DNA from: a virus
Taxonomy: Duplodnaviria > Caudoviricetes
Direction: 5' to 3' (one strand)
IMG/VR virus record: IMGVR_UViG_3300020388_000005
Location: 1-39,225 of that record
DNA length: 39,225 bases
In this document: one piece after another, positions 31,800 to 39,225 of the stretch
Layout: each line of letters starts with the position of its first letter
Position numbering within the stretch: position 1 is the first letter of the stretch
The notes under the pieces: model-generated
Database searches by the model: none
Told to the model about the DNA's origin: nothing
Seen by the model: only the letters and a program-made list of their open reading frames with translations
Made by a program: the position numbers and the translations under genes

Positions 31800-32689
31800 T
31801 TGAGCAGTCCTGCCCCAGGGAATGACCCAAAGGGTAGTTCGCCATTTTCGCCAAAACGTTTTTTACAACTGCTAAGCCGCTTGCCGCACGCATCCTGCGC
31901 CAACGATCCAACGCTGTTGTTATTTACATCAAAGAAATTGCTGCCGGTGTAGCTGCATTCAGAGCTGCGATACTGCCACTGACAAATGTTTGCTACAACC
32001 TGACGATTTGGCAATTCCTTGTTAGACAAATCAAATTTGCTTGCAAGCTCGAAGCTCACAACATCTTGTGATTCTGTGGCTTTGCGATCAACATAGTATT
32101 CTTCAACAGGAAAAGTTGCGTATGGATCAGCAGCTGACTGACCGTCAAGAAACTTTTTTAGTGTTCTTATTCGCTTAACCTTGGCCCCGGTCAAGTCATT
32201 ACCTAATGTTACTTTGTTCACATCAAACAACAGTGCCGTGATTATTGAACCTAAATTTGAAACGGTTAACGTTGGTCGGGGAAGTTGGCCACCATTTGTG
32301 AACTCAAATCCTTCAGCTTTTACAGGGAAACGCGTGTAGGTGTTGCTATTCCAAGTAATGTCGCCCGTGACATCTGCATTGACTCCCGCGTGCCATCGCA
32401 AAATGTCTGAACTGCCGTGCAACGTATTGTCGTAATGCAGCTCAAATAATTCAATTATTGCATCTGGCGATAACGCAGAAAGATCAGCATAGATTGAACT
32501 AATTGCTGTCCAGACAACGGTGTTGTCGGTCAGCGTGCTGCCAATATCTGTAGGCCAATCAGGCTCCGAACTGCCTGACGTTCCGGCAGTCGAACACTCA
32601 AAAACTAAACCGCTGTTTTGTGATGTGGTGGCGCGTCTTACGTCACCAACAACAAAAGCGGTACTAGCGGCCCAAGCGGTGTAAGCCAT
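31796..32689 (-). CDS. Minor tail protein L with an extra N-terminal domain
   Basis: IELFEL, LPRP.L.VSN, RT..KFLD, C.W.YR..EC.Y...C.K....C, FG.FPG. Confidence 0.9.
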   Translation of the reverse strand: MAYTAWAASTAFVVGDVRRATTSQNSGLVFECSTAGTSGSSEPDWPTDIGSTLTDNTVVWTAISSIYADLSALSPDAIIELFELHYDNTLHGSSDILRWHAGVNADVTGDITWNSNTYTRFPVKAEGFEFTNGGQLPRPTLTVSNLGSIITALLFDVNKVTLGNDLTGAKVKRIRTLKKFLDGQSAADPYATFPVEEYYVDRKATESQDVVSFELASKFDLSNKELPNRQVVANICQWQYRSSECSYTGSNFFDVNNNSVGSLAQDACGKRLSSCKKRFGENGELPFGSFPGAGLLK

Positions 32690-33033
32690 TACGGTTCAAA
32701 TACTTGGCGGAATGTTGTTTGGATTGTGGCGCGGTTCAAATAAGGAATCGACTTGCTCCACTGTTCACAGACAAATTTAGAGCTGCTGGCTTCACCGGGC
32801 GGGGTAAAATCAAAGCTCTCCATGTTGTTCGCGGCCCTCGCATCCAAAAACGTTTCAATTGTGTCAGCATCTGTTTCTGACACTTCAAACGTCAGGCTAA
32901 AAGTTTTGGGGTTTTGATTCAGGCCAAACGTCAATCTCTGACTAAATCCGTCGCCAAATTGTTGCCTCTTGAAGTTTGGGGCGCTGCTTTTTTGAGTGCC
33001 ATAAGTTGGCGTGATTGAAGGAAAAGTGGCCAT
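32689..33033 (-). CDS. Minor tail protein M (distal tail)
   Basis: FGDG..QR...GLN, FL......F.FTPP, F.QVFEP. Confidence 0.88.
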   Translation of the reverse strand: MATFPSITPTYGTQKSSAPNFKRQQFGDGFSQRLTFGLNQNPKTFSLTFEVSETDADTIETFLDARAANNMESFDFTPPGEASSSKFVCEQWSKSIPYLNRATIQTTFRQVFEP

Positions 33034-35678
33034 CAGGTTGCAAGTAGACCGCCAGGACGTTTCTGCTTAATTAGCTCGGCTTGAACTGCACTGCCAAGCA
33101 TCTTGCCAAGCTGTGACGCTTGCTCCCCTTGACCCTCAACAGAAGAGCCTGAGGCATCAACGTTCACCACAATGCCCATGGATCCACCCATAGCATGGTT
33201 TGGAACAATACTGCCGCTACGGCTCGGAGTGAAAACTTCCGGCCCTCTTTCTCCGACCACATAAGAACGCCCAGCGTTTACAGGGCCGCCGTCAGCCCTA
33301 AATATGTCAGCGACTGCGCCAAGAATGCCACTGCCGCTGTTCTTGTCTTTGCCGCCAAAACCCCCAAGAGCAAATTTCATCAATTGGTTGCTGATGGTTT
33401 TTAAGACGCCGCTGGCTACTTCACCAAGTGTTTTAGTGCCCTCTACTGCGCCCATAATCGCGTCATGGACTCCGGTGCTAAGTGTATCGCCAATGCCTTT
33501 ATAAATCTCATTTAATTTTTCTGCCTCCTTTTGTGCTTCCTTTGCAAGTTCAAGTTGCTTTTGCTTTTCTTCGGTAATGTCGAAATTGTTTTGCAGCTCA
33601 TCTTTTAAAGCCTTAATTTTATCTTTGCTCAAAAGCTTGAATCTTTCTTCAATGTCTGCTTTAGCAAATTTAAGCTCTAGCTGTTTTCGCTCTTGATCTG
33701 TAGCTGTTGCGTCAAGTTCATTTTTTCTCTTGAGACTTGCTAAAAGTGCTTTAGCAGCCTTTTGCTGTTTTTGCAACGGTGTTTCTTTTTCAGTCGTTGC
33801 TGTTGTTTTGCCTCCAGCTGCCGCAAGGCCGCCGCCTGTTTGTTGTATTGCGTTGGCAGCTGATGCGGTTTCTGTTGATTTCTGCTGAACAGTTTCGACT
33901 GTAAATGTCGCAAGTTTTTCAGGCACTGCTTGAACAATTTCTTTAACGCTGTTTACTGCTGTTGCAATTGCTCCTACAACGTTTTTTGCTGCGCCGGTTG
34001 CCCCTGAAAGCGAGTCCTTAAGCCAACCAGGCAGAAAACCTTCAAAGCGGTTGATAATTCCTGCAAGCTCACTAAACAGCCCGCCGAAAAACTTCACAAC
34101 ATTAGTAACCGCTTCGCCTGCGTTACTGACAAATCCACCAAAGAAATTGCTTGCAGCTTGTCCAATTTGGCCAAATATCCCAAAAAGAAATTCTCGCAAT
34201 TGACCGTAAAGGTTAAATAATTTTCCAATTGGGTTGCCTAAAGCTTTGTTTATGTTTATTCCTAAATTAACAACAACACCAATTAGTTTCGCAACAGTCT
34301 GAAAATAAACCGAAGCGAACGCAGTCACTTTTTTAGACAGAGTGTCAAAAGCACCTAAAACTTTTTTCCATCCTTCTTCTAATTCAAAGGCAATGTTTAC
34401 ACCTTCTTTCAGAGGAGAAAAAGCATTAGCAATTTTTTTTGTGGCGTCAATAAGGCCTCGTAAAGGGGCCAAGTACAATTTCAAAGCAGCGCCAAAGGCC
34501 TCAACGGTCACTGCCGCCACCTGGAATGTGCCTTTAAGCAGCTCGCCCAGCTCTGAGCCACTGGCAAAGATATTTGTAAAAGCGCTTTGCAGTCGATTAA
34601 GGGCACCCTTAATTGTGTTACCTGCTTCAAAAGCAGATTTGGCGGCTTCGCCCTGAGAATTGCGTTGGTTCTCAACTAGCTGGTTCAGCTTGTCAAAGTC
34701 GTTCAATAACGGCTGCAAAACTGGGCCCGCTTCTGTTCCGAAGGCTTTAAGAATTGCGCCCGTATCAGCTCCAGAATCCTTGATTTTTTTCAAGGTGCCA
34801 ACGAAGCCATCAGCTGCAATTGAGTTGGCGTCAATATTGACCCCAAATTCTTTCAGCTTTTCTCCGACTCCACCAGACGCCAACTGGGCAAATGCTGTTT
34901 TAAGTGCTGTAAATGTGACTTCTGCACCAGTACCTGTGCCAGTGATCTGAGCCACCGCTGCGTTTACCTCATCTAGGCCAATACCCAGGGCCGCTGCGAC
35001 GGGAGCAACCTTTGCGATGTTGGCCGCATATTGACCGATAACGATCTTGCCGTCGTTTTGCGTCTGAATGAACTGGTCAGTGATGCGCGACGCTTGTTCT
35101 GCCCCCAGGCCATAGGAGTTGAGAACCGAAGTAGTGGCGTCTGCCACGGTGTTTAAATCAGAGAAACCACCAGTAGCCGCAAGGCTCGAAGCCTTCAGCA
35201 CCTGCGAGGCAGAGGCCGCATCATTGAAGCCAGCAGAAGCCACGTCGTAGGCCGCCGCAGTTAGTTCAACAACACTGGCCTGGCCCGATAGTTCACGGCT
35301 TACATCACTTAGGCGGCCCTTTAATTCCTCACTGTTAACGCCAAGCGTGCGGACCTTTGCTTCCGCAAAGTCTTGCTCAGCCAACGTCGAAAAGGCAGAA
35401 GTAAGGACACCCGCCGCTGATGTCAGCAAAGCGATGGGCCCTAATGCTGCTTTTAAAGCACCGCCTAAAGCCGCAACACCTGGGACCGCTCCCTTTGCCG
35501 CTTTGCCAAAAAACGCAGACGCAACGCCTGCACCCTTTGCAGACTTACCCGCATTGTCTAATGCGCCTTGGGCACCCTTGGCTTTATTTTTTAGCTGGTC
35601 AATCTGTGCCTGCGTCCCCTTGATGGCAGACTTCGGCTGAGAAAAATCAAACTTGGCTGTAAGGACTGTTGTGCTCAC
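33033..35678 (-). CDS. Tape measure protein
   Basis: 881 aa Ala/Gly-rich helical; A.YD.ASAG core; C-terminal A.GGPV..G..Y.VGERGPE.F.P. Confidence 0.92.
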   Translation of the reverse strand: MSTTVLTAKFDFSQPKSAIKGTQAQIDQLKNKAKGAQGALDNAGKSAKGAGVASAFFGKAAKGAVPGVAALGGALKAALGPIALLTSAAGVLTSAFSTLAEQDFAEAKVRTLGVNSEELKGRLSDVSRELSGQASVVELTAAAYDVASAGFNDAASASQVLKASSLAATGGFSDLNTVADATTSVLNSYGLGAEQASRITDQFIQTQNDGKIVIGQYAANIAKVAPVAAALGIGLDEVNAAVAQITGTGTGAEVTFTALKTAFAQLASGGVGEKLKEFGVNIDANSIAADGFVGTLKKIKDSGADTGAILKAFGTEAGPVLQPLLNDFDKLNQLVENQRNSQGEAAKSAFEAGNTIKGALNRLQSAFTNIFASGSELGELLKGTFQVAAVTVEAFGAALKLYLAPLRGLIDATKKIANAFSPLKEGVNIAFELEEGWKKVLGAFDTLSKKVTAFASVYFQTVAKLIGVVVNLGININKALGNPIGKLFNLYGQLREFLFGIFGQIGQAASNFFGGFVSNAGEAVTNVVKFFGGLFSELAGIINRFEGFLPGWLKDSLSGATGAAKNVVGAIATAVNSVKEIVQAVPEKLATFTVETVQQKSTETASAANAIQQTGGGLAAAGGKTTATTEKETPLQKQQKAAKALLASLKRKNELDATATDQERKQLELKFAKADIEERFKLLSKDKIKALKDELQNNFDITEEKQKQLELAKEAQKEAEKLNEIYKGIGDTLSTGVHDAIMGAVEGTKTLGEVASGVLKTISNQLMKFALGGFGGKDKNSGSGILGAVADIFRADGGPVNAGRSYVVGERGPEVFTPSRSGSIVPNHAMGGSMGIVVNVDASGSSVEGQGEQASQLGKMLGSAVQAELIKQKRPGGLLAT

Positions 35679-35702
35679 ATCAGCCAGTTAACTTGTCCCA
35701 GC

Positions 35703-35891
35703 TTACCGCCGTTGCTGCTTGGCGCGATCCATTGCCTTCTGCTCCTTTTCAGCCTTGAGTTCGTGGTAGGCAGCAAAATAAATAAGCTCCGCATCGGTCA
35801 ATTCGTTGCGAAGCCTGCTTACGGTCATGCCTAATTCGCAGGCCAGGAAAAACTCAAAATAAGCCCAGCTGTCCTGCGTTAGTCGTTTTTT
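35703..35891 (-). CDS. gpT portion of the G-T tail chaperone, reached by -1 frameshift
   Basis: Slippery A AAA AAC at 35885-35891; the -1 frame reads RLTQDSWAYFEFFLACELGMTVSRLRNELTDAELIYFAAYHELK...RR*. Confidence 0.8.
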   Translation of the reverse strand, partial: KKRLTQDSWAYFEFFLACELGMTVSRLRNELTDAELIYFAAYHELKAEKEQKAMDRAKQQRR

Positions 35892-36235
35892 GCGTCTTGC
35901 AAGTCGGCATCATCGCCAAGCCCAAACAAGAACAACTCAAGGTCATTCAACACATTCTCAGGTAACTGACGCTGCAGCTTGGCTACATCAGCAGATGCAA
36001 ACGCCTTAGTGCCGTCCTCAAGCTCAGCCATCTGACACAGCATCTGCGTGCTGATGTCTAAAGCCTCATCGGTGCCTGACAAGGCTTGAGCTTTTTTGCG
36101 GTCAGCGCGTGTGATCGGTTTGAAAAACAGATCTACAACTTTCTTGCCTTCAGCGTTTTTTAGTTCAAACTTCCGACGCTGGTTGAGGTCAAACGCCCCA
36201 ACCAGTAGATCAACGGTGCGATTTCCAGCGGGCAT
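35879..36235 (-). CDS. Tail assembly chaperone G
   Basis: 118 aa between tail tube and tape measure; ends AKND at the slippery site. Confidence 0.82.
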   Translation of the reverse strand: MPAGNRTVDLLVGAFDLNQRRKFELKNAEGKKVVDLFFKPITRADRKKAQALSGTDEALDISTQMLCQMAELEDGTKAFASADVAKLQRQLPENVLNDLELFLFGLGDDADLQDAKND

Positions 36236-36271
36236 TTAGACGACAGATTTGTCATCTAAACTATAGCCTTA

Positions 36272-36694
36272 TCACTCAAGATTAGAAGTAATGGTTCCGC
36301 TGGTGATGAAGTTACAGGACACAATCACCAATTCTCCAACAGTAGAACTGATTTCCATGTCGGTGATAATCCCGCCAAATGCGAGCGAATCGGTGCCGTT
36401 TGTGTTGCCGGTGGTGAACAACTCAAACGAAGCATCAGCCGCGTCCCCAGTCTTAATCACATCTTCGATCAAGCCGGATTGGCCCGTAGCGTCTGGGTCA
36501 TAAACCAATTCAACAGAGCCTGAACCACTGACCAAGCTCCCGACAAATTGCCGGGTTGTGTTCCCATGCACGGTGGTATCAAGTGTTTCTTTGGTAATTG
36601 ACAGGCTCCAGCTGCGAGTACCGACAACAGTGGCAAGACTGCCGCCGCCGGTCTCAAATTCAACTGAACCAGCTTCGCCGCGAATGGTGGCCAT
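36272..36694 (-). CDS. Major tail (tube) protein
   Basis: 140 aa; G..G.V, SWSL......DTT..G, SGS.EL.YD pattern; position. Confidence 0.82.
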   Translation of the reverse strand: MATIRGEAGSVEFETGGGSLATVVGTRSWSLSITKETLDTTVHGNTTRQFVGSLVSGSGSVELVYDPDATGQSGLIEDVIKTGDAADASFELFTTGNTNGTDSLAFGGIITDMEISSTVGELVIVSCNFITSGTITSNLE

Positions 36695-36696
36695 GG

Positions 36697-37122
36697 TCAG
36701 AGTTCCTCGATGAATTCAAAGGTCACAGAGACCCGTGTAACAAAATAGCCTTCAGGTTCTGGCGATGCCAGCGCCGTGGGGCCGATTGGGGCGTCGAAGA
36801 AAACCCCCGACACGTTGACCCTATTGTAAAGGTTACGAATCCGATTTCCAATCTTGTAATTAGCCCCAGGGCCTACCCCTTTTCCTGAAAAAATATTGAT
36901 CACAAGCAACCCCGTAATTCGGTTGCGGGCGTTGGTGGACAGGCCGTGGCTCAGATATTGATTAGAGCCAAAGGACGTAAGACATTGAACCCAGGTGCTA
37001 TTTGGTGTTGGCTCAAACGCCATGTTGTGAAACACCACTGGGACAGGCTGGGGCTTCACCAACTCATCAGCCAAGCGGCCCTCAATAGTGGCGCGTACTT
37101 CGTTTAGATCAGCTGCAGCCAT
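36697..37122 (-). CDS. Tail terminator-like protein
   Basis: N..F.P....W, G...INIF...G.G; position before the tail tube. Confidence 0.7.
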   Translation of the reverse strand: MAAADLNEVRATIEGRLADELVKPQPVPVVFHNMAFEPTPNSTWVQCLTSFGSNQYLSHGLSTNARNRITGLLVINIFSGKGVGPGANYKIGNRIRNLYNRVNVSGVFFDAPIGPTALASPEPEGYFVTRVSVTFEFIEEL

Positions 37123-37595
37123 TAGATCTTCCCTTTCCTTTGTGCGTCTTTAACAGCATTGTTGAAACGCCTCTGCGAATCAACCTGCAGATCTTTTGTG
37201 ATGCGCTCTGGAAAGCCTGCCTCTGTGGCCTGCAAAGTCTTGAAGTTTCCGCCCCATGAAGGTGGAAGGCCGGTGCCCATACAGACCGGTTCGGCATATT
37301 CCACGGCGTTGTGAATGTTGTAAACGTTGCCGATTTTCTCAGTGCCTGGTTGGTAGTTGATGCCCTTTGGTTGTGGGATGTTTCCTCCTTTAGCCGACGA
37401 GTATTCGCCAGGTGGTTCTGATTCACCACTTATGGCGTTTTCACCAATCTGCCAACTTGCCCGCAACCTGCCAGTTGTCGATGGCGTTGCTTCTTTTAAC
37501 AAAGCGTCGGCTGTAAAGACTGTTTCTTGCGCGAAGAAGTCCCCTAGCTGGTTCAAGTAGTCGTCAACTTGATCAAAACCAATCTGTTTTGCCAT
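37122..37595 (-). CDS. HK97 gp10-like neck/tail completion protein
   Basis: TP..TGRLRASW and N.VEYA motifs. Confidence 0.8.
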   Translation of the reverse strand: MAKQIGFDQVDDYLNQLGDFFAQETVFTADALLKEATPSTTGRLRASWQIGENAISGESEPPGEYSSAKGGNIPQPKGINYQPGTEKIGNVYNIHNAVEYAEPVCMGTGLPPSWGGNFKTLQATEAGFPERITKDLQVDSQRRFNNAVKDAQRKGKI

Positions 37596-37597
37596 CG

Positions 37598-37960
37598 TTA
37601 GGCCCTCAAAAACAGGTCGTAGGCAATGTCTACACCATTTAACTGCTCTGTTTGCACCTGAATGACTTGATAGACCACGCTGCTGATCACCACGCGATCC
37701 TTGGTCTCAGGGGCTGCCGACACGTCAACCGCTGAAATTGTTAGCTTTTTATCCCCGGCCTGAATCAGTTGGTTGGCCTCGCGCACGTTGACATCAGCGA
37801 CCACCCCTTTAATTGCTGTGTCTGACACAGACTCGTTGACGGTGCCCGAAGTTGCGTTGTAAGTGCCACCAGTCACCACGCGCACGGTTACATCCCCAGC
37901 AAGAACTGTGCCGCCAATAATTGGGGCCAGCTTGGCCGCCAGGATGTCACCGAGAGCCAT
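37598..37960 (-). CDS. Head-closure protein
   Basis: G.Y...SG, I..GD.K, P...D, Y.L.LR pattern; position. Confidence 0.7.
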   Translation of the reverse strand: MALGDILAAKLAPIIGGTVLAGDVTVRVVTGGTYNATSGTVNESVSDTAIKGVVADVNVREANQLIQAGDKKLTISAVDVSAAPETKDRVVISSVVYQVIQVQTEQLNGVDIAYDLFLRA

Positions 37961-38184
37961 TAGAGCTTGTAAGCGATAGCAGCACCGCTGGTCAGCTGAA
38001 TGCTAGTAAACACGCCGTAAATAACAGTACGGGCCACAAAGGTTTCCCCAGCAAGTGAGTCGCCCGTATAGCTAGCCGCAGTGATTGCATTGATCACCGT
38101 GTCTTCTTTGAACTGAATCGCCCCAAAGCGTCCAGTTCTTGCATCTGTTCCGGTGATTGACTCACCTTGGCAGCCCATGTGCAT
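37960..38184 (-). CDS. Small virion-associated hypothetical protein
   Basis: Start moved to ATG 38184; TGRF..I ... G.FTSI.L.SG...AY; TAATG-coupled. Confidence 0.65.
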   Translation of the reverse strand: MHMGCQGESITGTDARTGRFGAIQFKEDTVINAITAASYTGDSLAGETFVARTVIYGVFTSIQLTSGAAIAYKL

Positions 38185-38188
38185 TGGA

Positions 38189-38749
38189 TCAGCTCCGTTT
38201 GACAGAAATGTTGCCTGGTCCACTGATTCTAAGGCTGTGCAGATATCTTTCAAACATGGGCGGCACGCGATCAGCTCCCACTGAACCGGTCTTATCAGGC
38301 ACGACCGAAATACTGCCCACCTGAACGCTCTTGAAGTCTTCAAGGCCGCCCAGGCTGATGCCGTCTTTATTGCTGTGCAGGTAAACCGCTAACTCAATCT
38401 GAGCGTGTTTAATCTGCGGGGGAATCTCTGTATCGGTGAAGAAATCATCGGCGATACGAAAAGGAAAACCCGTTGCGTAGGTATTGATATAGGTCGAAGG
38501 CTTTCTGACACCTGTACGCGGCCACTCAAGCGCCTGCGTGTCGGTTGCCCTGGCCCCTAGAAATCTTTCACGGTCAAGCCGTTGTGTGGCAGCTGTCAGC
38601 GCACGGTTGCGACTATCAGCGTTGCCTGAGCCCCACTTGTTCGCATCAGTGCCCAGCACCATGGCGTCAACGTAGGCGTCAGCTTCCGCGAGCGTCATGT
38701 AGCTGTTCGAGCTTGCCCCGCCCGCTGTTGCGACGATTGTTACTGCCAT
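38189..38749 (-). CDS. Head-tail adaptor (DnaT-like domain family)
   Basis: NSY.TL.EA..Y, AL..AT..LD...F.G......QAL.WPR, IP..IK.AQ.ELA. Confidence 0.8.
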   Translation of the reverse strand: MAVTIVATAGGASSNSYMTLAEADAYVDAMVLGTDANKWGSGNADSRNRALTAATQRLDRERFLGARATDTQALEWPRTGVRKPSTYINTYATGFPFRIADDFFTDTEIPPQIKHAQIELAVYLHSNKDGISLGGLEDFKSVQVGSISVVPDKTGSVGADRVPPMFERYLHSLRISGPGNISVKRS

Positions 38750-38855
38750 TGGCCTTGCGGGTGGTGGTCTTGGGTTCAGTCTTAGCAGGGGCAGAGGCCA
38801 CCGCTTGCGCGGCAGCCTGCTGTTCCCTAAGTCGCTTAAAAGCGAACAAAGCCAT
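38679..38855 (-). CDS. 58-aa basic protein MALFAFKRLREQQAAAQ... (not in ORF track)
   Basis: TGATG-coupled to the upstream gene; fills the gap before the adaptor. Confidence 0.55.
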   Translation of the reverse strand: MALFAFKRLREQQAAAQAVASAPAKTEPKTTTRKANGSNNRRNSGRGKLEQLHDARGS

Positions 38856-39220
38856 CAGCTAGAAGCGCCCTTAAGCGCAACAAAGTTAATGACGATCGCC
38901 TCTGACAGCGACCCAGAAGTCACGTTTGAAACGGTCAGGTTGAAAGAACCTGCCGCCATCGTGTTTGCCTGCACCAAATAGCTGCCAGCAGTTCCGGCAG
39001 AGCCGTGAACAGCAACGACAACATCTGTTGCAGCCACCTCGCTGTTGGTCACAGCGAAAGTGGCTTCAGCGCCTGCACCAAGGGCAGCGCCGTTCATGGT
39101 GATTTGACCGGATGCAGCGTTAATCGTTACGCCGGTCGTCTTGTTGGTGGCCTGGGTAACAGTGCCGCCAGTTGTCGGGCCAATGAGTTTGCCCGCTGTT
39201 GCCTCAAAAATGGATGCCAT
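38855..39220 (-). CDS. Putative capsid decoration / minor structural protein
   Basis: 121 aa beta-rich, GG.VTQAT.K.TGVT.N...GQITM; follows the capsid gene across the circular junction. Confidence 0.7.
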   Translation of the reverse strand: MASIFEATAGKLIGPTTGGTVTQATNKTTGVTINAASGQITMNGAALGAGAEATFAVTNSEVAATDVVVAVHGSAGTAGSYLVQANTMAAGSFNLTVSNVTSGSLSEAIVINFVALKGASS

Positions 39221-39225
39221 GGTTA
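39149..39225. repeat. 77-bp exact terminal overlap (copy 2)
   Basis: Identical to 1-77; 77 is a common assembler k-mer size. Confidence 0.95.

Noticed and set aside
51-38862. Numerous short antisense or out-of-frame ORFs in the track
   Set aside because: They are shadows of well-supported genes, lacking motifs or operon coupling
1-39225. tRNA genes, photosynthesis AMGs (psbA, hli), DNA methyltransferases or an alternative genetic code
   Set aside because: None recognised; core genes translate full-length with the standard code. A tRNAscan-SE and HMM run would confirm

Overview
Apparently complete, circularly assembled genome (about 39,148 bp unique; the first 77 nt are repeated exactly at 39149-39225) of a lambda-like long-tailed siphovirus. 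Several small conserved genes resemble those I recall from marine Synechococcus/Prochlorococcus phages, so a picocyanobacterial host is inferred but not proven. The minus strand carries a replication initiator with an internal iteron origin, TerS/TerL, portal, a MuF minor head protein with a C-terminal HExxH metallopeptidase extension, a chain of tiny basic ORFs, scaffold, major capsid, neck, tail tube, G/GT chaperones with a -1 frameshift, tape measure, gpM/L/K/I/J, a multi-gene fibre module, an outer-membrane-protein-like gene and a C39-like peptidase lysin. The plus strand carries an early/recombination region (RusA, an RNA polymerase alpha-CTD-like protein, RecE-like exonuclease, Rad52-like annealase, Xis-like HTH, SSB-like protein) and an operon of exported proteins. 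I recognised no integrase, CI-type repressor, tRNA, CRISPR array, DNA polymerase or photosynthesis gene. Top leads: (1) a highly structured ~190-nt candidate ncRNA with its own -10 box and terminator between terL and portal; (2) four promoter cassettes of near-identical geometry, each driving small early genes, next to a phage alpha-CTD mimic; (3) a MuF toxin/immunity-like pair; (4) an exported-protein module; (5) a docking-motif pattern across the fibre genes. All family assignments come from motif recognition by eye, not from database searches.
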